Below, in pieces: positions 26,952 to 62,600 of a DNA stretch of 64,000 nt (position 1 is the first letter of the stretch; every line of letters starts with the position of its first letter). The stretch spans positions 612,940,708 through 613,004,707 of the forward strand of contig NC_058131.1 of assembly GCF_016433145.1 (NCBI RefSeq), read 5' to 3'. Position numbers and translations under genes: made by a program. Below the pieces are notes generated by a model that did no database searches, was not told the DNA's origin, and saw only the letters and a program-made list of their open reading frames with translations. Origin of the DNA: Gracilinanus agilis. Lineage: Eukaryota.

Positions 26952-27146
26952 TTTTTTTTAAGCCCTTACCTTCCATCTTGGAATCAATACTGTGCATTGG
27001 TTCCAAGGCAGAAGAGTGGTAAGGGCTAGGCAATTGGGGTCAAGTGACTTGCCCAGGATCATGCAGCTAGGAAGTGTCAGATTTGAACCTAGGACCTCCT
27101 GTCTCTAGGCCTGGCTCTCAATCCACTGAGCCACCCAGCTGCCCCC
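26952..27146 (-). mobile_element. Marsupial tRNA-derived SINE
   Basis: Reverse-strand copy with a 14-bp TSD AGATTCTAAGATTT (26938-26951 and 27147-27160). Confidence 0.85.
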
Positions 27147-27776
27147 AGATTCTAAGATTTGTCAACACTATGACTCCCGACTTATCTCCTTGCAGGAGGA
27201 AAGAAGGGAAGGGACAAAGAGAAGGTGGTTCTCGGATAAAGGTACTTGAAGACTCCTCAACCTTCACCTAATCTGTGGGACCTAGGCTTCACACTATATC
27301 ACTGCCATAGATTATATTCCCTTCTGAATTACTAGGGTCTATTCCTGTTACTTACCTGTCCACCCCTCTACCTTCTAGGGAAGAAAGAGAGGCTGTGGGG
27401 ATTGCCTCTAAATTCTTGCTATTTTATGACATTTTCCTGCCGTATTGCCTCTCACTCCACCCCAGAAACACAGAGTCAGCATTCTTAAGGGTGGCTGTGC
27501 TCCACAGTTATGACTGTATAAACCTAGAGATGCCAGTTCCCCCTGCCTGCCACTTCTAAGGAGCAATAGCATTGAACTACTAGGAACCTCTTCAGTGGGA
27601 GTGCGATTATCAAAATATCAAAATTTAGGTGATGGGTCACAGCTAGAACTTGGAGATGCTAGAGTCTCACCTAGGAAAGTGAGATGTTCATCCTAAGCCC
27701 AGTGTCTCACCTTTGCCTTATGGGCTCTTTGACCATCCTTTAATCTACCCTGGGAAGAGAAAACAAGGACATAGAC

Positions 27777-27986
27777 CAGTGATGGTGAACTTTTTAGAGG
27801 CCAAGTGGCAAACTGCAATCCTCATGCTGCATGTGAGCCATCCCTTTGCCCCAGAGAGGGAAGGAAGTGCTCCCTTTGGACTACTGGGCAGAGGGCCGAG
27901 TGATTAGAGAAATATCCTCAGGCATGGTGGAGAGGGAGAGGGGAGCAGCCCCCTTCAGCAAGCATGCTATAGGTTCACCAACACTA
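27777..27986. mobile_element. Shorter copy of the same hAT family
   Basis: Termini CAGTGATGGTGAACTT...AGGTTCACCAACACTA; shares the core tgggcagaggg...gtgat...caggca...ggagagggaga.gggagcagc with 18627-18964; no clear TSD. Confidence 0.7.
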
Positions 27987-28114
27987 TTATGATGGCTGTG
28001 TTGCCAAGAGGGAAATGTAGAATTACACTATGGAGTTGGTTAAGAGAATCTTGGGAGTCCCCCCAAGGATAGGAAACTGAATAGAGTCTATCTGGTTTCT
28101 TGCCTGACAAGGAG

Positions 28115-28930
28115 CATTAAATGCTTACTGTATGCCAGGCACTGCTAAACATTGAAGATACAAAGAAAGACAAAAACACTGCCCCTTACCTAAAAGAAGT
28201 CACATTCTAACAGGGGAGGCCACATGCAAATATCTGCATATACAAAGATACATACTCTGTGTGTAAATGGTAGGGGGCAATGTCAGAGGAATGGAGACGG
28301 GGCAGGAAAGGCTTCCAAAAGATGGGATTTGAGCTGAGCCTTCAAAGAAGCCAAGGAAATTAGAAGTTAGAGGTGAAAAGAGAAAGCATACCAGGCAAGG
28401 GAAACAGCCACTACAAAACTGAGATGGATTATATATGAGGAATAGCAATTAGGCCAGTATAACTGGATCATAGAGTGAATAGAGGAGCAAAGTGCCAAAG
28501 AGATTTTGTATTAGATCCAGCAAATAAAAGCCACTGGAGTTCATGAGATGGGAAGGAGGGGCATGGTCAGATCTATTTCAGGAAAATCACTTAGGCAGCT
28601 GAAGAGAGGATGGATCAAAGTGGGGTGAGATGAGGCAGGAAAGAGCAGATAGAAGACTAGCAATAGTCTAGGGAAGAGGTGGTGAGGGCCCATGCAAGGT
28701 TGTAGTTACAAGTGAAGGACAAATATGAGAAATATAGGGGTGCATGCAAGTGAGGGTTCAAGGATGGCACTGAGCTTTCAAGCTTAGGTGACTGAAAGGA
28801 TGGTGGTTCAGTTCAGAATATCTAAAAGTCAGTTGGTGATGTAGGCCTGGAACTTAGGAGAAAGGTTAGGGTTGAACATATAAATCTGAGGATCATCTAA
28901 CCATGGGAGCTGACATCACTAAGCAATATA
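28115..28930 (-). mobile_element. L2 fragment
   Basis: Begins with the reversed L2 3' end (AAATGCTTACTGTATGCCAGGCACTGCTAAACA...GATACAAAG). Confidence 0.7.
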
Positions 28931-30055
28931 GTATAGAGGGAAGGGAGCCATGGCTTTTTGAGTTACCCATGATTGGCAATATAACCTTAACAAAGAGCCA
29001 GCAAAGGAGATTGAGGAGTGGATAGATCTGTGTCACTAGCCAGGCCTGGCGATCTGATGAGGTAGTCTTTGTCCTGGATGACCTCCCTGCTCCACCCCAA
29101 TACACTGGCCCTTTCTCTGACCACTGGCCTCTGGACCCCTAGAAGTGGCAGACTGCAAAGGTCAAAGCCTAGAAGTTAAGGATAATATCTGACATTCTGT
29201 GTTCTCCTTACATCACTGAACTTGAGCCTTATTGACCCTGTGAGGAAGGGACTACAGGCATTCACATTTAAACAGATTAGGTCAGACAGTGACAGTGTCT
29301 GTGTAAACTGGCAATTTAAACTCATCTTTCTGGATCTTAGTCCAATACTTTAGCTGGATAGGTTGGCTCGACTTTCCTCCTGACTAGAAGGAGCTGCCCC
29401 GGGGCACGGAGATGGGGTCCTCCCCCTGACAATGGGTGACCACCTCCGGCTGGGCTTTTACCCCTTCCCCCAACAATCGTTTCTTAATTCGCTAGAACTG
29501 GGGATCAGAAGACCAAAATGAAACAGTCCTTGACCTCCTATTTGTAACGGTGATTGGGGTAGGGAAGAACAGGTCTGTACATAAATTAACCATATTGGGA
29601 AAAGGCATTAGGAGCTACCCATCCTACGGGGCTCTCTGACCCGGGCAATGCAGGTCTGATCTGGACGGTGCCCAGAGGGCAAAGCCAACTGGTCCAAGCT
29701 CGGAGAGCGGCGGAAGCCGTGCTCCTCGACCCCTCTTTCCGACAGATGGTGCTCTAGGACCTTCGGCTCAGTCCACCTCCCCTCCGCTCCACGGCGCTTC
29801 AGAGTCGCGGGTCCGGGGACCAGGGGTGCTCGGAGGGCCTCGGTTCCCAAGAACCTGGTCTCCACCGCTTGGAGCTGGCCACTGGGGTCAGAAAAGGTGC
29901 GGCTTCGAGCCCAGGACCCTTACGGCGGGAGGGGCGAGGATACCGACTTCCCCCCGTAATGCCCACCCTTCCGGGATCCCGCGGGAGATGGAAGGGCGGG
30001 GCGGGGAAGGGAGAAATAGAGGGGAGAAGGGGGCGGTACTCTATATTCAGTCCTT

Positions 30056-30248
30056 ATTGGCTGCGCTGGCCGCGGACTAAAACTTTAAGCCAATGAGAAA
30101 AAGATCAGGGCTTGACGCACAGTGACGTCATGGGAATTCCCCCCGGGGGGGGGGTCGGAAAAGGGGCTTTCCCGATTGGGACTGCAGGTGGCCGAGAGGC
30201 ACTAGGGTCGGAAGACTGGGAAGGCCGGACCAGCCCATAGCCGGAGCT

Positions 30249-30279
<31 letters not shown>

Positions 30280-30281
30280 CA
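30056..30281 (+). promoter_or_regulatory. NFKB2: NFKB2 core promoter and non-coding exon 1 (CCAAT boxes, CRE, two kB sites)
   Basis: CpG island ~29600-30620; ATTGG 30056 and 30175, CCAAT 30090, TGACGTCA 30123-30130, GGGAATTCCC 30132-30141, GGGGCTTTCC 30163-30172; donor GCA|GTGAGT after 30281. Confidence 0.75.
30240..30278 (+). repeat. (GGAGCC)n hexamer repeat in the putative NFKB2 5' UTR exon
   Basis: ccggagctggagccggagccggagccggagccggagcc immediately before the exon 1 donor. Confidence 0.85.
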
Positions 30282-31441
30282 GTGAGTGGCCGGGGTCATG
30301 CACCTAGGTTCCCACAATTCTCAGAGCATGGGTAGATGGGCGGGGGCGGGACCCCCACTGAGTCTGGAGTGTGAAGAGCACAGGTCCACCCCGGGGCACG
30401 GTCACAGGCACATACACACATCAAATACAAGTTCGCGTTTCCACTTAGATACCGAGGGTCTCCACAGTCCTGGGCACACACCGCCCCTCGGCCAGGCTCA
30501 GTAACCCAGGAACAGGACACGCTCCCGTGGACGCGGGTACTCCGAAAAAGTTGTGCCGTTCTGCACTCCCGCCACTCCGACACGGGCATGCCAATACCCC
30601 AAAACAGGGCGTTTTAGCGCAATTACATGGACACACTCATGCAGACACATAGCGACGTAGTTTGCAAACTGGAGGGAAGAAAGGGATCTCTCTATCTCTT
30701 AAGCATCCCCATATACGGGGAAGACTGGGGAAGGAGTCGTGTCCTAGGTCCGGGGCTGGGTGGACGGAGCCTCAGGTTCCCCTCCCCCCAGCTGTCCAAA
30801 ATCCAAAGCAGGGCCTAGCCAGAGTGGAGGGCTCTACGTCCCCAGGGACTTAGAGCAGGAGGGCCCCCCTACAGGAGGAATCTCCCCCAAAAGCCCCAAA
30901 GGCTGAATCAAAAGTCTCTCTCCCTCCCAGGCCCCAATAGATGGCCTCCAGAAAATCCCTGGGAAGCCCCAGCCCGTGGGAGGGGAGGAAAAAGGAAAAG
31001 AGGCTAGGCCAGTAAAGGGAAGGACAATCAGAGCCTAGGAAGGGGTCAGGGTAAAGATTGAGGACCTCTTTGCGCTTGCAAATAATCACCACTGGCCTGT
31101 GAAGGCGAGCTCTAGACTCAGGGCTTCCAGGCGCCTCCCCACGCCCCATGAAATCCTCAGCCTGCTCCAGTCCTCGTCTTCTCCCTCTTCATCCCCCCAT
31201 CAACTCCTCAGGTTTGGGGGGCTAGGAGGGGGAAGTGGGAGAAGGGCTTCTCTGATGGGCACCAGAGGGCCAAAGCCCACAGATCCCCCCCGAGCCAGGG
31301 TCCTGTCTGGGAGTGGGAAAGAGAAAGGAAAGAAGGAAGGGCCACCTCAAATCCCAGCCGGGCCCTCCCTCCCGGGGCTGGACCCACACGTCATTTCCAG
31401 GCCCACCCCCTCCCCTGGCCCCTCCTCTCTCTGGTATTTTC

Positions 31442-31451
31442 GGGACTTTCC
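31442..31451 (+). promoter_or_regulatory. Canonical kB site GGGACTTTCC in NFKB2 intron 1
   Basis: Exact match to the Ig-kappa kB motif, ~225 nt upstream of the ATG; a second kB-like site GGAATCTCCC lies at 30877-30886. Confidence 0.6.
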
Positions 31452-31675
31452 TGAGCTGCTCTAACTTTCCTGCCCTCCCAGCCCCCGACTGCCTACGGCT
31501 CTCTGACTCTCCCCATTCCAGCCCGGCAGGAGGAGGGACCCTCTGTCCCTCACCCTCAGACTCCTGGCTGCCCCCATAGACCTGGCCTGAGGGTGCCCCT
31601 CCACACCCACAAGCACAGGTAGGAGCCTTGACGGTACAGCGGCAGCAGAAGCTGGACAGAGCCCAGCTCTAAAAC

Positions 31676-38728
<7,053 letters not shown>

Positions 38729-38862
38729 TCCCAGCCATGCCCACAGCCTGGGCAACACTTCATCCAGCCCCGTGCCTGCTCCCAGAGGTGCCTGCTGTAC
38801 AGATCCCCTCCCCTGTGCCCATGCCCTTATTTAATGCCCTGATTGATCTTTTGATCCTGATG

Positions 38863-38868
38863 AATAAA
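38863..38868 (+). terminator. NFKB2 polyadenylation signal AATAAA
   Basis: AATAAA ~135 nt after the NFKB2 stop. Confidence 0.8.
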
Positions 38869-39005
38869 GGTTGGGGGGCCGGGGCCCCCCTCCCCCACCC
38901 ACCCCCCCGCACAATGGCATGGGTTCCAATTCTCCGTTCTGCTCTCAGGCACCACCTTCTGGATACAGGAGAAAGTCAGGCAGTGTCAAGGGGCTCCAGA
39001 GCAGG

Positions 39006-39011
39006 TTTAAT
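39006..39011 (-). terminator. PSD polyadenylation signal ATTAAA
   Basis: TTTAAT on +, ~670 nt after the PSD stop and ~140 nt from the NFKB2 signal. Confidence 0.6.
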
Positions 39012-39681
39012 TGCATCAGGGACTGTACAGAAGGTGGGCTTGGGAGGGCCAAAGGGCCCCAAGGGGGGCTGGGGGTCGCCACCCTCCTCCAGGACCCCTG
39101 CCACGGGTCTATGTACAGGGGGCGTTGAGGCCCTGCCAGAAACAGCACTCTGGGGGCCCCACATCACCCCACCCCACTCCAACTCCGGGATGAGAGAAAG
39201 CCCTTGTGGGTAAGAGAAAGAGAGAGAGAGAGAACCAGCTCGGCCGCCAGCTAAGGGCTCAGAGAAACGGGCAAGCCTGAGAGCCTCGGGCCTCCCGAAC
39301 CCCTGGGGATGCCCATCGTCCCCCCAGGTCAAGGCCCAAGACAGGGGGGATTGCTGGTGTCTGAGGGAGGGGTCCAGGGGGCCCAAATAGAAAGCAGGGA
39401 AGTGGGGGCCCCCAGCATGTGCCCTCCCCCCCAAAAAATGTCATTGAAAGGTCCCTCCCTCAACCCTCCCCCCATTGAATAAGAAAAAGTGCAAAATGGT
39501 ATCACAAAATGGGGAGCCTGGTGGATGGCCCCAGCCCCTGGGGCTTCGCTTGGGCAGTGTCCACGGTGCCTTCGGGGCCCCGCGTCCGGCGCAGTCAGGC
39601 CCTGGCTGGGGCAGGGTCAGAGGTCATGCAGGTGGCCGGCGGGTGGTCGCTGTCCCCTCCCTCCTGGCCCCTACCCATGGG

Positions 39682-56919
<17,238 letters not shown>

Positions 56920-57884
56920 GCTGGGGAGAGGCCAGGGATTGAACTGGTCAGGCAGGGGAGGCCAGGAGGGTTAGGTCAGCAGTGGGGTTAGGGGAAGGCA
57001 TGCTCCTCAAACAGGCCTAGAAGGGGAGAAGACAAGGTGAATTGGAAGGAGGTCCCTAAGAGAAGACCCTCAATAAGCCTTTCTGGTTGAGGAACACCCA
57101 TTTGAATCTCTCCCTTCAACCTCCCCCACAAGTAAGATGGGGACCCACCCCTTCCAAAGAGCCCTGGAAGCCTGGGAGAAACCCAGGGAGATCTGTGCTC
57201 CAGTCTAGTCTTCTGCCCCATACAACCCCCCCCCATATACAACTGCTCTGAATGGGGAGGTAGGATTGGGGGGGGGGGGTAGAAGCTATTTCAGGAGGCA
57301 TGTGGGCCTGAGCTCTAGGTGTCCCCATGGCAACCAGGAGCAACTCAGTGGGGTAGGGGGGACTGGGAAGGTCTAGGAAGGGGAGATGGGTGTAATAATC
57401 CAGGGCCCAGGCTCCCTGAGCTGAGTCCCTTCCTGGATCTTGCTGAGGGGGAGCCATAGCAATGGGAGTGGGGGTGGGAAAGGGAGGAGGTTACCCAAGG
57501 ACAGGCAGGATAAGAACTTGGGTGGTGAGGGTAAGAGGGGTCTGAATGAAAAAGCACACACATTGATTAGCACCCACACACTTCTGCCACCGCTGTTTCC
57601 CACCTCCCCAGCCTCTTGAATAGCTTTGGGTTGAATGTACCTTAACACAGACAAGACTAGGCTGAGCCCCTGATTCTGGTCCAGGCATCTAGATGGCCCA
57701 GAGAATGGGGCAAAGGTCAGGGGGGACCTAGAGTGTCCTAACTGGTGAGTTTGGGGGGCGGGAGCTCCTGCTTTCACCTGGTCCTATTCCCTCCCCCTCC
57801 CCCTTCTCATCTTTCCCTCCTCTGAGGGGAGGCTACCACCCAGCCAGGCACATGCCCCAAACATACAACACGCCACACACTCAC

Positions 57885-58020
57885 CGCTGCTGCAGGCCAA
57901 GCTCTAAAACCAGATCGGGATGAGGCTTCCTGCTCCAGCCCGAGCTGCTCCAGCATCTCCCTCCACCCAGAGCTGGTCCCGCCTCCTTCCCCTCCTTCCC
58001 CCTGCTCAGCCTCCGGCTAG
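57885..58020 (-). promoter_or_regulatory. PSD: Probable non-coding first exon of the PSD long isoform
   Basis: Minus-strand donor GCG|GTGAGTGTG at 57884; a plausible partner acceptor is CCTTGTCTTCTCCCCTTCTAG at 57017-57018, upstream of the ATG exon. Upper boundary approximate. Confidence 0.5.
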
Positions 58021-58949
58021 GCTAATCCCCCTTCCCCACACACACACACATACTCACACTCATACACTCTCCCAGGCCCCAGGAGGAGGAGATGGAGCCC
58101 CACCCCCTCCACATAGGGGGGCTCCCTGGGTCTAGGGGGTTCCCGCCACACCCCTGTCCGCCTTCGTGGGGAAGTGAAGGGGGATCATGTGGACCTGACC
58201 ACACGCCGCACACATGTCCTATTCCGTGTCCCACACGGTCTCACAGCGGCATGCCCCCAGGAGCCAGGCTGCATGGATGTCATGCATGCATGTCACGTTG
58301 CAGTCATCCATGCACTGCTCTGTGCCACTGTTTTTCATTGCATGCCACATGGGCTCGCTGTCAGCCACTGTCTAGTTGCAGGGGCTTGGCTGTATGCTAG
58401 CCAGCCCTGTCACACACCACACATGTGCCTTGTCACACACAACACATCCCATGCGTGTCTCATTACAATTCGATGCATGCCCCGTCACACGCCTTGGCCA
58501 TCCTTGCTAGAAGCCACACATAGGACCGCATGCTGCACAAGATGCTTTTACACACTGTACACTGGGCCAGCTACACACCACAGACATGTCCTACTTACAC
58601 AGCACATGTGTGCACCCTGGACTTGCTCCCTGAGGCCACTTTTCCAATGAGCAGGAGGTATATTCCCTCCGGGAATGGAGGGAAAACTGAAGCTGGGATA
58701 ACCCCCTCCCCACAATGCAGAACTGAGCCTGGAACCCCGGAGTCCCGGATCACCAGAGTATACAGGGCGCCCCCTACACCTGAGCCCCTGAGGGCGCAGG
58801 AAGAGGGGCAGAGACCAGACAGCAGGAGGAACTTCCAGGAGGCCCCAGGAGGAACTTCCAGGAAGCCCCAGGAGGTCAGGGAGGACTGAAGAATCAGGGC
58901 CTGAAGCTTGGAGAATGGGAGTAGGATGGGGTACCGGGGAGGGGGGGGG

Positions 58950-59620
58950 TGACCTTGGCCGTTCAGAGGCGGGGTCTATTTTCGGGGCGGGTGGCCCAGA
59001 GTTGCCATAGTAATGCGCCGGGGAAGGAAAAGGGCTGCAAGAACACAGGGCAGTGGGTAGTAGGGGGAACCCAAGGGGTGAGTTTGGGCAAGGGGTGCTA
59101 CGGAGGGGGGCGCTCGGGGCTCACCGCGGGAAGGGGAGGGGGCTGCGCGGGTTCCGCGTGGTGCTGAAGGGGACAGCGCCCGGCGGGGGCCTCACTGCGC
59201 AGGCGCTTTGGCTGCCCCGNNNNNNNNNNNNNNNNNNNNNNNNNNNNNNNNNNNNNNNNNNNNNNNNNNNNNNNNNNNNNNNNNNNNNNNNNNNNNNNNN
59301 NNNNNNNNNNNNNNNNNNNNNNNNNNNNNNNNNNNNNNNNNNNNNNNNNNNNNNNNNNNNNNNNNNNNNNNNNNNNNNNNNNNNNNNNNNNNNNNNNNNN
59401 NNNNNNNNNNNNNNNNNNNNNNNNNNNNNNNNNNNNNNNNNNNNNNNNNNNNNNNNNNNNNNNNNNNNNNNNNNGCGCGGGTTCCGCGAGGTGCTGAAGG
59501 GGACAGCGCCCGGCGGGGGCCTCACTGCGCAGGCGCCTTGGCTGCCCCGAACAAAGGGGGGGCGGGGAGGAGGGGGATTGCGCGGGGGGCGGGGCCACGT
59601 GAAGGACGCCGTACTTGTGC
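58950..59620. promoter_or_regulatory. CpG island / promoter between PSD and FBXL15 (NRF1, GC box, E-box, X-box, REST half-sites)
   Basis: CpG-dense; TGCGCAGGCGC 59196-59206, GGGGCGGGG ~59586, CACGTG 59596-59601, GTTGCCATAGTAAT 59001-59014; interrupted by an N gap. Confidence 0.6.
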
Positions 59621-62600
59621 CAACCTCCTACCTTCCTGCAGTCCCTGTTTTTTCCAGACCCCTCGAGTTCTTCCTGAGGTTTCACCTCTCCTCGTGGTGA
59701 TTTCCCTCTCCCCTGATGCAGGAATAGGCTCTCAAAGCCAATGCAACAACAGGCATTTATTAAGCACCTACTAGGTGCCAGACACTCTGCAGCCCAAGCT
59801 GGAAAATGAGACGCCTGGGATCTAGTTCCCCAGGGGGCTTGCTATATGATCCTGAAAAACTCACTTCCGCTTTAGGGTGTAAAATGAAATTAAACTAGTG
59901 CACTTGCCTTCCAGATCCCTTCCAGACCTGATATTCTACTGCAGAACGTGTGACCCTAGCCAAGTCATCTCCCTGATCTGGCCCAAAGTTTCTTCATCTG
60001 CAAGATGGTGTCAGCAGCTCCTGCCTAGCATATCTCATTGGAGGGTTGCAAATATCTAAAGAGATCACATCTTTTTTCAATCCACATACATTTATTTTTA
60101 GCTAGACCCTGAAGAGGGAACACATTTATTTTATCTTTTGACAGACATTTGCTAAGTGGTTGCTATGTAGAAGACACTCAGAACAGAAAGATAAAATGAA
60201 AAAGTCATTCCCCTTAAGAAATTTACACTTAACTGGAGAGGTGGAAATATAATATTTAAAGTGATAAATACAATATAATTTTCTCAGTTCTAAATCATGA
60301 TTCTTTATTTAGTTTGGTTACATTATATTTCAGTAAACCTTTCAGAAAGAGAGAATAAAACTTAGTTTCACACAAAGATCTGTTCCCATGGCCCAATACA
60401 AACTTTTTCCACTTGACTACCAATATTAGAACACTGGCATTAATACAATATAATTTTGAGGAGAGGGAGAGCATGAACAACCAGGTCAAAGAAAAAAAAA
60501 CTTCCTATAGGAGCTGCAACCTGATGTTGATTCTTGAAGGAAGCTAAGGATTCTAAGAAGCAGAGGTAAAAGAGGGAATATATTGGAGGCAAGCCAGGTG
60601 GTCTGTATAAAAGCTTGGAGGTTAGAGATGGAATGTTGGCTAATTAAACTGAAACCTGAATGCCTAAAGGGGTTGGGGGTAAGGAGGGTAATGTGAAATA
60701 ATACACAGGAGGAGATGGCGTCCTAGCCCTTGGGAAGCTAATGAGGGAGGGAGGGAATGAAGTCCTACCAAAGCCCAGGAAATGCTCAGGAATTTCCACA
60801 AAATATTAACACAATTATTATTTAACATTTTTCAGTATATTTTCTTTATAATAGCCCTGAAAATTCTGTGGCACAAATATTCTCCCTGCAGTTCTAATGA
60901 GGATCAGGGCTCAGATAGGTTGTGATTAAACCAATGAAATTCATAGGTATGTAGCCCAGCTGGATTTCAAACCAGGACCATCTGATGATTTTTTTCCCAT
61001 TACAACACAGAATTTTAATGACTCAAGAATTTGGTGACTTTCAAGGCCCTATACTCTAATGAAATCCAAAATGTTATTCCTTCCCCATTACCAATTCCTA
61101 CACTGCATTCTTAAACTCTGGTTAGGAAGGCTCTGTAGACCCCAAGCCAACCCAGGTTGTCAAATCTATTTGAGTAAGGTCTCCCAAGTGATTGGAGTAT
61201 AAAAGGATGGGATTAGTTAGGAGGAACACTGACCTTCAGGCTTCACTCAACTCCCAGCTGGACTTGCTGCAGTTTTTTTTCCATTCTTAACACCCTCCCA
61301 TTCTGAGACACAATAGGACCAGGTTGCCCTTCAGCCCTGGAAGAAGTCAGAAGAGACAGAGGACCAAATAAGGTTTTGCTTCTGCTCATTCCACAAGTTT
61401 TTCAGCATAGTCATCTGGGATATCCTGAACGGTGATAGTGGAAAGAGCTGTGATTGGACGCCTCATTCCTCCCAACATTGTTATCCAAAAGTAAGGTGAT
61501 ACAGTAAAAAGCAGTGTGGTACAGACTGGAACATCTCCTTGAGAAAGCAACATAACTTGGTGAGGAAGAAAACTCAGGGTGGTGTTTCAGGAGAGCTGTC
61601 TTGGTTCTTTCCACTGAAACACTCAACATGGGCACTTTTGTGAAATATTTTCATTTCACGGGGATGTTTAAGGACAAAGAGTTAGTGCCATATTTTGGAG
61701 GAGGCCGATAAATACAAGAGCATTTGATCTAGTCTAACAGTACCCTCCTATGTGCCCTGTAATGTGTTCAGCAGCTACATTAATGGAGATACAGGGAAGA
61801 GAGGTAATATGGAGTAACAAAAAGATTCTAACTAAGAGTCATGATGTTACAGCAGAGGAAGCACACTGACTCCAGAATTGTAGGAAGAGCAGGTTTATTT
61901 AGTAACTTGTGGGCTTGTTAGAGTCATCTCCTAAAATCTAAGCACTGAGTAACTGCAACAGTCAGTTTCTATACATTTTACATATGTAACAGCAGGTAGA
62001 CTAAGACAGCTGGATGTTTTTGTTTAGAAATGAAAAGAGGAAAGGCAATATTAAAGACAAAGAGCAGGGAGAGAAGGGGAACAAGTGGAGACAGGGAATC
62101 TGAGAAACAAGGGCGGGGCAGGAAAAGAAGGGAGAGAGGGGGAGTAGGGAAGAGGGGAAATAGAAAGGGGAGTGGGATGTATCAGAGATGTGGTGTCTGG
62201 GAGAAAACAATTCAGAGGGCAGGGCAGGAAAGAGGGAATGAATCAGAGAGGGGGAGTCAAGGGCTTCAGGAAGTAAGGAAAGGGGTAGGGATACGGAGAA
62301 AAAGGGCAAGACTTAAAATTCTGAAATTCTGTCTCTACAGTGACATCCTAGTTCTCATCTTAGCTCTGATACAAATTTGCTGCGTGATTTTGAGTTACTT
62401 CAAATGAATGAAAAGTATTTATTAAGTTCTTACTATTTCCAGGCATTGTATTCTGTGCTAGGAATACAAATACAAAAGCAATAGCCTTTAACTTAAAAGA
62501 GTTACACTCTAACTGGAGGATACTACATATATAGCCTATAATCTCGAATCCTTTATTTGCTTAGAGATTATTTGACCAATAAACGTTTCCAACTCAGAAA

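Noticed and set aside
59145-59549. 75-bp direct repeat (59145-59219 and 59475-59549) that doubles the REST and NRF1 motifs
   Set aside because: It flanks an N gap. The two mismatches fit haplotype or read-end differences, so I count the motifs once; long reads would settle it.
59053-59774. Long ORFs of 134-215 aa on both strands
   Set aside because: Mostly X from the N run, plus GC-rich promoter sequence. The same applies to the X-containing ORFs at 7410-7740 and 48595-49347.
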